Assembly: GCA_017635565.1 (NCBI GenBank)
Contig: JAGBLE010000001.1
Location: 2,039-66,038 of the forward strand
DNA: 64,000 bases
Direction: 5' to 3'
DNA from: Bacilli bacterium
GTDB lineage: Bacteria > Bacillota_I > Bacilli_A > RFN20 > CAG-826
The position numbers were made by a program, and so were the translations under genes. The first letter of the stretch is position 1. Each line of letters opens with the position of its first letter. Of this stretch, positions 51,377-61,063 are shown in pieces. Under the pieces are notes generated by a model. That model was given only the letters and a program-made list of their open reading frames with translations, did not search any database and had not been told where the DNA came from.

Positions 51377-52756
51377 ATGTTATACAGAAAAATAATTAAA
51401 GATTTGGAAAATTGGAAGGCTAAAGAAAAAACTGCTTTGCTCATTAAGGGAGCTAGACAAGTTGGAAAAACAAAAATAATTGAAAGCTTTATTGATGGCT
51501 TTGAAAATCACATTGAAATTGATTTTACCAAGGACTTAGAAGCATTAAATATGCTTTTAGAAGTTAAAAATTATAACGACTTCGTTAATCGCCTCTCTTT
51601 AATTTCAAAAACAAAACTAACCAGTTCATCAAATAGTGTGCTCTTTTTGGATGAGATTCAATATTATTACGAAGTTAGGGAAAATAGAATAAACAGAGAC
51701 CCTTTATTTAGAGATAAATTTATCGATATTATCACGTTGAGCAAGGAGATATCGGAAAAGGGGGAATTCCGACTTATTCTTTCTGGTTCTATGCTAGGAA
51801 TTATTATTTTTCAAATAAACCACAATCCAACTGGATATTTAAAGGAATTAACAATGTACCCAATGGATTTTGAAGAATTTTTATTAGCCAATAACATTAA
51901 CCAAACAATTATCGAAGAAGTAAAGCAATGTTTTGTTGATAAAGTAGAAGTCCCTGAATCAATAAATAATCTTTTTCTTCAAAAATATAATGAATACCTT
52001 TTTGTTGGTGGATATCCTGCTGCGGTGCAAGCTTACATTGATGATAAAAGTTTAGATTTGACCGAAAGCGCTCTTCAAACAATTGATAGCTGGTATAAAG
52101 AGGACATTATAAAATATGCCGCTAAGGAAGATAGATTAATCATTTTAGAAATGTATAATCTTCTTGCAAAAGAAATATCTAAAAAAAATAAGAAATTTGT
52201 TAAATCACATATGGATGTTCCAAACTTCAAAAACTTAGACTTAAAAGATCGTTTCTTATGGATGAGCAATGCAGGAATCGCTATTCCTACATACAATGTA
52301 ACAAATCCAATATACCCTCTATCAATTTCTGAAGATAGCAAAATAACCAAATTATTTATAAGCGATGTAGGCCTTTTAACATATAAATTATTTGATAAAG
52401 AAGGAAGAAGAAAATTAATAATCGACCCTAGCGGTGTGGATTTGGGATCGGTTACAGAAAATTTTGTCGCTCAGTCTTTAAAAGCTCATTACTTCAGCGA
52501 TGTTTATTTCCACTCAAATAAAAAGAGAGGCGAAATTGATTTTATCATTGAAAAAAATATGGAAATAATTCCACTAGAAATAAAATCATATGCACCAGAT
52601 AAGAATTCAAATAAATTTGAACACGCTGCACTCGATAATTTACTAGAAGCACATAAAGAAATTAAAGAAGCGTGGGTGTTTGGAATAAATAATGTAAGAA
52701 AAGAAGATAAAAACATTCAAATGTTCCCAATCTATATGGCGGATTTCATTAGATAA
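51377..52756 (+). CDS. AAA-family ATPase with C-terminal DUF4143-like domain
   Basis: N-terminus ...ALLIKGARQVGKTK (Walker A), LFLDEIQ (Walker B). 459-aa architecture typical of AAA_14/DUF4143 proteins. Confidence 0.65.
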   Translation: MLYRKIIKDLENWKAKEKTALLIKGARQVGKTKIIESFIDGFENHIEIDFTKDLEALNMLLEVKNYNDFVNRLSLISKTKLTSSSNSVLFLDEIQYYYEVRENRINRDPLFRDKFIDIITLSKEISEKGEFRLILSGSMLGIIIFQINHNPTGYLKELTMYPMDFEEFLLANNINQTIIEEVKQCFVDKVEVPESINNLFLQKYNEYLFVGGYPAAVQAYIDDKSLDLTESALQTIDSWYKEDIIKYAAKEDRLIILEMYNLLAKEISKKNKKFVKSHMDVPNFKNLDLKDRFLWMSNAGIAIPTYNVTNPIYPLSISEDSKITKLFISDVGLLTYKLFDKEGRRKLIIDPSGVDLGSVTENFVAQSLKAHYFSDVYFHSNKKRGEIDFIIEKNMEIIPLEIKSYAPDKNSNKFEHAALDNLLEAHKEIKEAWVFGINNVRKEDKNIQMFPIYMADFIR

Positions 52757-52762
52757 ATTTTT

Positions 52763-53323
52763 ATGAAAAACCAAAGAGCCAAATACAATAACGAAGAAGA
52801 AAGAAACGGTAAGAAAAGACTTATTGTCCTTATCATCTTATTTTTCGTTATTCTTCTAGGTGGCACCGCTACTGCAGTCATCATCCCATATATTAAAACT
52901 CTTCCAGTCTATAAATCTTTTAAAGTTACATATAACGCTTCAATGATTACCGATTCATCAGTGTTAGAAAGTGACTTATCTTTCAAATTAACCACAACTA
53001 ATAGTCTTAATAATCAAGAAACCCTCTCTTTTAGCACCACTAATACTTCTGTCTCATTAGGCCCAGTATCGACTCATCCATATATTTACGCTGCTAAAGG
53101 TGAAGAAAATAGCAATGTCACTTTAAAATTCACTGTCGATACAGCTCTTGAAATCAAAGATATTTATTTTGATATTTTTAAAAGTAACGCTGAAGGAAAT
53201 GTTATTACTGAACTAACTGATGCAGAATTTCAAACCAATAATAACGAAGCGCATTACGAGTCGAGTTCAAACATATATATAAACACTGTTGTTGTCACAT
53301 ATAAATTAAGAGTTAAAAATTAA
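52763..53323 (+). CDS. hypothetical membrane-anchored extracytoplasmic protein
   Basis: Single N-terminal TM helix (LIVLIILFFVILLGGTATAVII), then a Ser/Thr/Asn-rich beta-type domain. Confidence 0.4.
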   Translation: MKNQRAKYNNEEERNGKKRLIVLIILFFVILLGGTATAVIIPYIKTLPVYKSFKVTYNASMITDSSVLESDLSFKLTTTNSLNNQETLSFSTTNTSVSLGPVSTHPYIYAAKGEENSNVTLKFTVDTALEIKDIYFDIFKSNAEGNVITELTDAEFQTNNNEAHYESSSNIYINTVVVTYKLRVKN

Positions 53324-53359
53324 TTTTTCATACATTTAATAAGGCAAAATGATAATTTT

Positions 53360-53386
53360 TTAGCACTCCACTTGCAAGAGTGCTAA
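53360..53386. promoter_or_regulatory. CIRCE element (HrcA operator)
   Basis: TTAGCACTC-N9-GAGTGCTAA, an exact match to the CIRCE consensus. Overlaps a putative TTGCAA-16-TACAAT promoter (53372-53399) upstream of htpG. Confidence 0.85.
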
Positions 53387-53441
53387 AAATGATTACAATA
53401 TATCTTGTGACCACTGAAAAAGTGGAAGGAGGATTTTAAAA

Positions 53442-55337
53442 ATGAAAGAAACAATGGAGTTTCAAACAGAATCAAAAGAACTGTTATCTTTAATGATTAA
53501 TTCTATATATAGTAACCAAGAGATTTTCTTAAGAGAACTAATCTCAAACGCAAGCGATGCGATTGATAAATATCGTTATCTCTCCATGTCTAGCGAAGGC
53601 AAATACCCTCTTAGAGAAGGAGAAATTCGCTTAGAGTTTGATAAAAAGCAAAGAACAATTACCATCTCCGATAACGGAATTGGTATGTCAAAAGAAGATT
53701 TGATCAATCACTTAGGAACAATCGCTAAAAGTGGTTCGAAAGACTTCGTTAGCAAATTAAAAGAAGCTAAAGAAAAACAAGATTTAAATATCATCGGTCA
53801 ATTCGGTGTTGGCTTCTATAGTGCTTTCATGGTTGCAAGTGAAGTTGAAGTTCTCACTAAGACTGTTGATTCAGAAGCATATTTATTCTCAAGTAATGGA
53901 GAGAGTTCATTTACCATTGAAGAAGCCAAAAAAGAAGAAGTTGGAACAACAATTACTCTTCATCTAAAAAAGAAAACCAAAGAAACCGATTACGACAGGT
54001 ATTTAAATGAATATGAGCTTAAGAATTTGGTGAAGAAATATAGTGATTATGTCCATTACCCAATCAAGATGAAAGTCACCAAAACCAAAAAGGAAAACGA
54101 TAAAGATGTCGAATATACTGAAGATGAAACACTTAATTCAATGACTCCTCTTTGGAAGAAAAATAAAAGAGATGTTACTGATAAAGAATTAAATGAATTT
54201 TATAAATCGAAATTTAATGACTATGAAGATCCTCTCATCTCTTTATTTGTTAAAGTCGATGGAGCGATTACTTATGACGCTTTACTTTTCATTCCTGCTC
54301 ATGCACCATATAACCTTTATAGTGATAGCTTTGAAAAAGGATTATCTCTATATTCCAAAGGTGTCTTCATCAAAGATAAATGCGCTGAACTAGTTCCTGA
54401 TTATCTCAAGTTTGTTAAAGGTTTAGTGGATTCACCAGACTTCAATCTCAATATTTCTCGAGAAATACTTCAACAATCTCCAATGATGAAAAAGATTTCT
54501 GAAAATATTGAAAAGAAAATCATTTCTAAACTTGAAGAAGTAAAGAAAGATGATTTCGATAAATATCTTAAATTCTGGGAATCATTTGGAGAAATAATCA
54601 AATACGGCATTTATTCTTCTTATGGATTCAATAAAGAAAAACTTCAAAACCTACTTGTTTTCCATTCTCTTAAACATGAAGACAAATATATTTCCTTAGA
54701 AACTTATAAATCCGAAATGCAAAAAGATCAGAAATATATTTATTACGTTTCTGGAGAAAGCGTTGAAGCGATTAAGCTATTGCCTCAAATTGAAAAATAT
54801 CGTAAAGAAGATATCGATGTCCTTCTCTTTGATAAAAAGATTGATGAATTCACCATTATGATGATGAGAGAATTTGATAAAGTTGAATTTAAACTCATCT
54901 CGGATGAATCCGCATCAGAACTCAGTAAAGAAGAACAAGAAAAAGTTGATGAATTAACCACAAATAATAAGAGATTAATTGACACCTTGAAAGAAGAACT
55001 CAAAGACAAAGTCAGTGATGTTGTCATTTCAAGTAAACTCGTCGATTCTCCTCTTTGCTTATCAACAAAAGATGGAATGTCTCTTGAAATGGAAAAGACT
55101 CTTCAAGAAGAAGCTCTCGAAAATAAAGAAGATATCAAAGCCACGAAGATTTTGGAACTCAATCCAAATCACCCATTATTTGAATCTTTAAGCGCTATTC
55201 AAAATAATGATGAGATGGTAAAAGAATATGCTTCCTTGTTATATGATGAAGCAATGCTTCTTGAAGGAAGAGAAATCTCCGATAAAGCTGAATTCATTAA
55301 AAAACTTAATTCCCTACTTATAAAAGCTTCAAAATAA
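53442..55337 (+). CDS. htpG: molecular chaperone HtpG (Hsp90)
   Basis: FQTESKELLSLMINSIYSNQEIFLRELISNASDAIDK and GQFGVGFYSAFMVA GHKL ATPase motifs. 631 aa. Confidence 0.92.
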   Translation: MKETMEFQTESKELLSLMINSIYSNQEIFLRELISNASDAIDKYRYLSMSSEGKYPLREGEIRLEFDKKQRTITISDNGIGMSKEDLINHLGTIAKSGSKDFVSKLKEAKEKQDLNIIGQFGVGFYSAFMVASEVEVLTKTVDSEAYLFSSNGESSFTIEEAKKEEVGTTITLHLKKKTKETDYDRYLNEYELKNLVKKYSDYVHYPIKMKVTKTKKENDKDVEYTEDETLNSMTPLWKKNKRDVTDKELNEFYKSKFNDYEDPLISLFVKVDGAITYDALLFIPAHAPYNLYSDSFEKGLSLYSKGVFIKDKCAELVPDYLKFVKGLVDSPDFNLNISREILQQSPMMKKISENIEKKIISKLEEVKKDDFDKYLKFWESFGEIIKYGIYSSYGFNKEKLQNLLVFHSLKHEDKYISLETYKSEMQKDQKYIYYVSGESVEAIKLLPQIEKYRKEDIDVLLFDKKIDEFTIMMMREFDKVEFKLISDESASELSKEEQEKVDELTTNNKRLIDTLKEELKDKVSDVVISSKLVDSPLCLSTKDGMSLEMEKTLQEEALENKEDIKATKILELNPNHPLFESLSAIQNNDEMVKEYASLLYDEAMLLEGREISDKAEFIKKLNSLLIKASK

Positions 55338-55348
55338 TAAAAATCCAT

Positions 55349-55377
55349 GGCTCTCTTAAAACAAAATTAAGGGAGCC
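55349..55377 (+). terminator. rho-independent terminator after htpG
   Basis: GGCTCTCTTAA-N7-TTAAGGGAGCC (one G-U pair) followed by TTTTATTTT. Confidence 0.7.
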
Positions 55378-55460
55378 TTTTATTTTGAATTTAAATAAAT
55401 AATATCGATATTCCTATTTTTCCGATAAAATAATTATTAAGAACTTAGGAGAGATATTGT

Positions 55461-56108
55461 ATGGATATCATTAAAGTCGAAAAAGGTTATTTAACTATAC
55501 TTACAGGAAAACCTGATATGGGGAAAAGCACAATCACTGTGTACGATTGTAGTGAAAACCTCAAGCAAGGCAAAAACGTCATGTTCTTTTCTTATGAATA
55601 TTGTCAATCAATCATTTATAACAAAATGATCTCTCACTTCAAAACCAATTGGTCTCAATTATTTAATCTCAATGTTCTCGATGCGAATGGATTAAACCTT
55701 CAATCACTCATGAACATCATTAGAAATAAAAAGAAACATGTCGATATCGTTTATATTGATTTCCTTGATTTGCTTAAGACTAGCACTTATGGGGAAGGAA
55801 ATAGCGAGCACGATTTAGAACAAACTCAAGAAATCGTTAAAGAACTCGCTGCGTTAGCAATGGAAGTTAATATCCCAATCGTTTTATTATCGCAAATCGG
55901 TAGTTCCACTGATTTTGAAAAATCCGTTGAAAGACTAAATTCCATTGGAGAAAAAGCAGGAACTAATGTCATTAAGATGTTTATTGGAAAGAGCAACATC
56001 ATCGACGAAAGAATCGATTATAGCGATATCGTTCATATCATTTTAGTGGATGGATATAATTTAAGACATTTCTCTTCATTAAATATTAAAGAAATATATA
56101 ACGATTAA
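55461..56108 (+). CDS. stand-alone DnaB-C-terminal/RecA-like P-loop ATPase
   Basis: Walker A GKPDMGKST, Walker B VDIVYIDFLD, DnaB-like VLLSQ motif. 215 aa with no N-terminal helicase or primase-interaction domain. Confidence 0.5.
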   Translation: MDIIKVEKGYLTILTGKPDMGKSTITVYDCSENLKQGKNVMFFSYEYCQSIIYNKMISHFKTNWSQLFNLNVLDANGLNLQSLMNIIRNKKKHVDIVYIDFLDLLKTSTYGEGNSEHDLEQTQEIVKELAALAMEVNIPIVLLSQIGSSTDFEKSVERLNSIGEKAGTNVIKMFIGKSNIIDERIDYSDIVHIILVDGYNLRHFSSLNIKEIYND

Positions 56109-56123
56109 GTTAATAACTTAAAA

Positions 56124-56146
56124 GGCGAGGTTTATTGGACCTCGTC
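56124..56146 (+). terminator. rho-independent terminator
   Basis: GGCGAGGT-N7-ACCTCGTC followed by TTTTTT. Confidence 0.7.
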
Positions 56147-56428
56147 TTTTTTATTAATGAAGTAAATTATATTTATCTACTAAGTCGATGTTATATTGAT
56201 TGTTTTTTCTTAATAAGGAATCCACTACTGCGGCTCTTTTACGAGAATTTTCAATTGGAGAAGCATGTTCCTAGTAATAAAAGATATGTTTCATGTAAAC
56301 GCGAATAACAATATAAGAAACCCCATCAAATTGTTATATAAGCAATTTCACCACTCTTCAAAATAATGAAATTGACAATTTCATCTTGTTATTTTTAATT
56401 CAATTAGTAATAATTTTTAGTAAAAACT

Positions 56429-57658
56429 ATGAAAAAAGATTTTAGATCAAACCTTCAATTTCTTTTTCCAAAATTAGCGTTATCGCTAAATCATTTGAAT
56501 AAGAATGATGAGAAGCAAATTAAAGATGAATTATGTGACAAGATGAGTTCTGCCACTATTTTCATCGCTATCGCTATGGCCATCATTTCGATTGCAGTTT
56601 CTCTCCTTTTACAAATTGAAAGTGGATGGAAGCAAATTGAAGTATATGGCATAAGCTCTTTTGTTTGTGATCTTGTTTGCCTAACGTTAGCAATAACCTC
56701 AATCATCTTAAAAGCGGTGTCTTATTTCAATAAAGATAAAAATGAAAATAAGAAAAACATCTTAAATAGATTAAGCATTGATGCGTTATTTGTTGCCATA
56801 TTGTCAATGATGGCGGGTTCCTTTTACGCTGATTCAGAAAAAGGGTTCTTATCCGTAACACCAACAATGTCTATATCAATCACCATCATTTCTTTCTTAT
56901 TAATTGTCCAGCCAATACACGCTCTTGATGCTTGGATATTGAATTCTCTTGTTTCGGTTATAATGCTATTCTTATCAATATACGCAAAAATTCAATTTGA
57001 TATTCAAGGATTCCCATATTACATCATAATCACCGCAGTTTTCGTATTAATGTCACGATTAGTGAATTCCATTCTCTTTTATGCAGGAATTCAAAAATAC
57101 ATTCAAGAATCAATTAGTAATTCTTTAATGGATACAGCGATGTATGATGAATTAACACACTGCAAAAACCGTTATGCATTAAAGAAATCTTTGGAAAAGA
57201 ATATTCCTCTTTGGAAAAATAACAATTCCGATTTATTGATTGCAATGTTCGACATTGATAACTTCAAAGAATATAACGATTATTTCTCTCACCAAGGTGG
57301 AGATGGCTGCTTAAAACAAATCGCTAATGTTGTTAAATTAACTTTCCCTTCTCCTAACTTAGAATTTTATCGATACGGTGGAGAAGAGTTCTTGCTTATA
57401 TTTGAATTAGATGATATTGCCACTGCTTCAGAAACATTAGAAACATTAAGAAAAGCGGTTGCTGATTTAAATCTTAAAGCCCCACCAAAAGCGCCTAAAG
57501 ATTATGTCACAATTTCTATCGGAGGATTATTCTTCGAAGTAAATGATGAATTCGATTTCAATAAATCATTAAGTGAAGTTGACGCTAATCTATATAAAGC
57601 AAAATCATCAGGAAAAGATATTTGTTTCTTGAATGATAAATTAATTGATAATCAATAA
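56429..57658 (+). CDS. membrane-bound diguanylate cyclase (GGDEF)
   Basis: ~6 TM N-terminal domain, then FDIDNFKEYND...YRYGGEEFLLIF (GGEEF active site). Confidence 0.85.
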   Translation: MKKDFRSNLQFLFPKLALSLNHLNKNDEKQIKDELCDKMSSATIFIAIAMAIISIAVSLLLQIESGWKQIEVYGISSFVCDLVCLTLAITSIILKAVSYFNKDKNENKKNILNRLSIDALFVAILSMMAGSFYADSEKGFLSVTPTMSISITIISFLLIVQPIHALDAWILNSLVSVIMLFLSIYAKIQFDIQGFPYYIIITAVFVLMSRLVNSILFYAGIQKYIQESISNSLMDTAMYDELTHCKNRYALKKSLEKNIPLWKNNNSDLLIAMFDIDNFKEYNDYFSHQGGDGCLKQIANVVKLTFPSPNLEFYRYGGEEFLLIFELDDIATASETLETLRKAVADLNLKAPPKAPKDYVTISIGGLFFEVNDEFDFNKSLSEVDANLYKAKSSGKDICFLNDKLIDNQ

Positions 57659-57660
57659 TA

Positions 57661-57691
57661 AAAATAGGGAGTCCACTGGATTCCCTATTTT
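57661..57691. terminator. bidirectional terminator between convergent genes
   Basis: AAAATAGGGA-N11-TCCCTATTTT. Overlaps the stop codon of the minus-strand gene. Confidence 0.65.
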
Positions 57692-59928
57692 CTACTTCTC
57701 TTATAATATTCTTCAATTCTTTCTCTTGCCCTAGCAAAATATTTTTCTAGTCCAGGATCGAATTGTTTTCCCATATTTTCAATAATGATGCGATAAGCTT
57801 CATCAAAAGTAAATTCATCTTTATACACACGTTTGCTGACAAGAGCGTCATAAACATCCGCAATCGCCATAATACGTGCTTCAAGAGGGATATTATCTCC
57901 CACTAATCCATCAGGATATCCTTTTCCATCCCATCTTTCATGATGGTAATGAGCGACATTAATTGCAATTGTTTCAAGGTTTTTATCAGTGACACCACTA
58001 AGAATTTGATTTAAGATTTTCGCTCCTTCAGGAGAGTGGGTTTTCATCACATCATATTCTTCTTTGGTGAACTTTCCTGGTTTTCTTAAAATTGCGTCAT
58101 CAATCGTAATTTTTCCTAAGTCATGCATAGGAGCGGCTTTAATCAAACATTGATAGAAGGAAGGACTTAAATCAATAGAAGGATCTTTCATCATTTCTTC
58201 GACTAAAAAGCGAACAACATTGCTTGTTCTTTTAATATGTCCACCTGTGGAATTATCTCTTCCTTCAACCATGGTGGCCATACCTAAAACCAATTTGTCT
58301 TGGAGATTCACTTCTCTTTTCTTAACGATTGAGAAAACAAAGAAGAAAACGATTTGAGCAATAATTAAGATAACCGTACTTGCAATAATCCCAATAACAG
58401 CTTCTTGTTTATCAGCGCCTTCTGTTCCAACAAGCTTCATAATCCAAGAACCAACAGAATAAATGATTAAGATGAATAATCCGAATAGGGCCACCATTGA
58501 GTGACCAAATAATCTCTTATTGTCTTTCTTTAATAAGAACGCGTAATAAATAAGACCGATTAAAGACCAAATGATAAAGATTAAAACTGATTCTCTTGCT
58601 AAATAATCCGAATTAGCGAAATCGTTATATATAACTGAACCAGCAAAAACAATGCCAAGCGTTAATCCTAAGATTCCAAAAATTGTTCCTTCTAATTTAC
58701 GAGTGTTATCTCTTTTCGCAGCGATAAATGTAATCGCAGAAATATAAATATAAACAATAATTCCACACAAAGTGTTAATATCAACAATCCACCCGATTAA
58801 CACTCTTCCAAAAAAGAGCATAACTGCGGATATCGCTGTTATCGCAATGATAACATTTCTAGGATTATCGTTTTTATCTAACTTACTAAACACTTTAGGG
58901 AAGATGTTATCTTCTGCCATAGAGTGTAAAAGATTTGATAATGCTAAGATATTACCGATTAAACTTGTCATGATGATTGCTAATAAAGCAATAATAAACA
59001 TCACAAGTCCACCAGTTCCTAAATATTGATTTATGACATAGAAAGCAGGAATACCGTTTAATCCGCTTAATGAAGAAGAACTAGTCAAATATTCATACCA
59101 GTTCGCATATTCACTTGGATAAGCGTTAATTGAAATAAAACAGATGAGAATATAAATAACCGCACTGATAATGACAGAAGAAGCCAAAATCTTAAAAGCG
59201 TTTCTATGACGGAATTTATAATCTTTTGAGAAATGAGATATATTTTCAAAACCAATAAAGGCCCAAGGCATCATTCCAATAACACTGATGATTTGATTGA
59301 ATTCATTATTGCCGTTTAATGCAAAATCTGGCTTATATGATTCAACTCCGCCTTGGTGCATAATAACACCAACAATATATCCAGCAACAATCAAAGCAAC
59401 AAAGATTAAAACTAATCCTGCTTGAATTGAAGTCGAAATATTCTTTTTAAGTAAACAAATGCCAGCAAATAAAAGTAGGAACACCAAGGATAATAATATT
59501 TCTCCTAACCAAATATCGTATCCACCTATTGCATAATGGAATCCAAATTGGAAAGTATTACCAAATATATATCTGGCAAATAAAGATATTGAAGAAACAT
59601 TAGCCCAAAGAATTGCCCCATAAGTAATGATTAAAAACCAAGAAACTAGGAAGGCGTGATCTCCTCCTAATGTGTTTTTAGCAAATGTATAAATACCACC
59701 ATTGGAGTCTGGATATTTGTTAATCATGTAATGGTAGTTATATGCAAAAGCTAGCATGATGACCATGCCAACGATAATGCCAATCAAACTACCAAGCGGA
59801 CCAGCTTTGCTTAAAAAGGAACTACCAGTTACAACGAAAGAACCCCATCCAATCGCGGTTCCGATTGATAAGCCTAAAGCTCCTAAAGCAGATATCCTTT
59901 TATTTCTCGATTTTTCCATGTTAGTCAA
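57685..59928 (-). CDS. APC-family amino-acid-permease-like domain fused to a C-terminal HD-GYP c-di-GMP phosphodiesterase domain
   Basis: N-terminal ~530 aa is a polytopic APC-like region (GTAIGWGSFVVTG..., GGIYTFAKN). C-terminus has HDLGK...HHERWDGKGYPDGL. Confidence 0.75.
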   Translation of the reverse strand: MTNMEKSRNKRISALGALGLSIGTAIGWGSFVVTGSSFLSKAGPLGSLIGIIVGMVIMLAFAYNYHYMINKYPDSNGGIYTFAKNTLGGDHAFLVSWFLIITYGAILWANVSSISLFARYIFGNTFQFGFHYAIGGYDIWLGEILLSLVFLLLFAGICLLKKNISTSIQAGLVLIFVALIVAGYIVGVIMHQGGVESYKPDFALNGNNEFNQIISVIGMMPWAFIGFENISHFSKDYKFRHRNAFKILASSVIISAVIYILICFISINAYPSEYANWYEYLTSSSSLSGLNGIPAFYVINQYLGTGGLVMFIIALLAIIMTSLIGNILALSNLLHSMAEDNIFPKVFSKLDKNDNPRNVIIAITAISAVMLFFGRVLIGWIVDINTLCGIIVYIYISAITFIAAKRDNTRKLEGTIFGILGLTLGIVFAGSVIYNDFANSDYLARESVLIFIIWSLIGLIYYAFLLKKDNKRLFGHSMVALFGLFILIIYSVGSWIMKLVGTEGADKQEAVIGIIASTVILIIAQIVFFFVFSIVKKREVNLQDKLVLGMATMVEGRDNSTGGHIKRTSNVVRFLVEEMMKDPSIDLSPSFYQCLIKAAPMHDLGKITIDDAILRKPGKFTKEEYDVMKTHSPEGAKILNQILSGVTDKNLETIAINVAHYHHERWDGKGYPDGLVGDNIPLEARIMAIADVYDALVSKRVYKDEFTFDEAYRIIIENMGKQFDPGLEKYFARARERIEEYYKRSRK

Positions 59929-59939
59929 TTAGACCTCAA

Positions 59940-60827
59940 TTATTTTTCAAATTTTGGTGTACAGGCAACAATTTCTTCTTTAGGAATGGAAACAAAAATT
60001 TCCACTAATTCTTCATCAAACTTTTTGCCAGCTTCTTGTTTGATTATTTCAATCGCTTCTTCGTGTGTTTTAGGAGCGCTATAAACTCTTCCTAAAGTAA
60101 TTGCGGAATATGTATCAATGATAGAAAGCATTTTGCTTGGGAAAGGAATAGAAGATGCATTTTTAAAATAATATCCTTTGCCATCCACTCTTTCATGGTG
60201 ATATAAAATCCAATCAGCGACATAATCAAACGATTTGATTGGTCTTAATAATCTAACTCCAATTTGTGGGTGAGTACGCATTATTGCCTCTTCTTCTTCG
60301 TTTAAGTTGCCTTCCTTATTTAAAATTTCATCAGGCATTCCTAATTTACCAATATCGTGAAGTAAGGCCGCATATTCCAAACTAATTAAGTTATAATCGC
60401 CTTTTAGATAACGCGGTAAATGATGATAAAAAACAGTCATTAAATTTTTAACATGTAAACTATGTCCTTGAAGATTTGGTCCTCTAGCGTCAATAACACT
60501 TATCAAAATTTGAGCAATTTCTAATGATCTCTCTTTTGTGGTATTGATTAATCGGTTTAATAAGATGATAACGAGGCTAACAAAGATACTTCCAAAGAAT
60601 AAGATAAGCGCAGTAACAAGGCTTGGATTTGCCGCAACACTGACATAGATATATCCTGCTAAAAAGAAGATGATTAAGATTAATCCAATGACAATCATGA
60701 CATTGTCTTTTTTAACCCCTCCTGAAATAACATCTCTCATTTTTAAGGAGAAGAGAATGTAAAAAATAATGTTGGACACCATGTTTGCAGCGCCAACCCA
60801 AATAAGTACCAAAATCAATGTTTCCAT
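59940..60827 (-). CDS. membrane-anchored HD-GYP domain protein
   Basis: 4 TM helices, then HDIGKLGMPDEIL and YHHERVDGKGYY. Start set to ATG 60827 (METLILV); the track GTG at 60971 would add 48 non-hydrophobic residues. Confidence 0.75.
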   Translation of the reverse strand: METLILVLIWVGAANMVSNIIFYILFSLKMRDVISGGVKKDNVMIVIGLILIIFFLAGYIYVSVAANPSLVTALILFFGSIFVSLVIILLNRLINTTKERSLEIAQILISVIDARGPNLQGHSLHVKNLMTVFYHHLPRYLKGDYNLISLEYAALLHDIGKLGMPDEILNKEGNLNEEEEAIMRTHPQIGVRLLRPIKSFDYVADWILYHHERVDGKGYYFKNASSIPFPSKMLSIIDTYSAITLGRVYSAPKTHEEAIEIIKQEAGKKFDEELVEIFVSIPKEEIVACTPKFEK

Positions 60828-61063
60828 GTCACGTATATCCTTTTTACAAATATTATAAACACACTTTTTTAAAGTGATTAGTTTTTTATTATTAGAAGGC
60901 TGATTTTGATATATTTTTGTATAAATCGAAAATATATATTTCAAAAAATAGTGAAAATAAAAACATCTCACAAGACAAATTTTTGGAGATTATATTCTTT
61001 TAAAAATTGATATATTCTTGGCAATCGGTGCCAGCAATGTTGTTACAATAATGATTTATTCCT

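Noticed and set aside
56154-56294. Minus-strand small ORF MKHIFYY-(TAG)-EHASPIENSRKRAAVVDSLLRKNNQYNIDLVDKYNLLH.
   Set aside because: It is interrupted by an in-frame TAG after 7 codons and matches no recognisable family. Most likely a gene remnant, so it is not annotated as a CDS.
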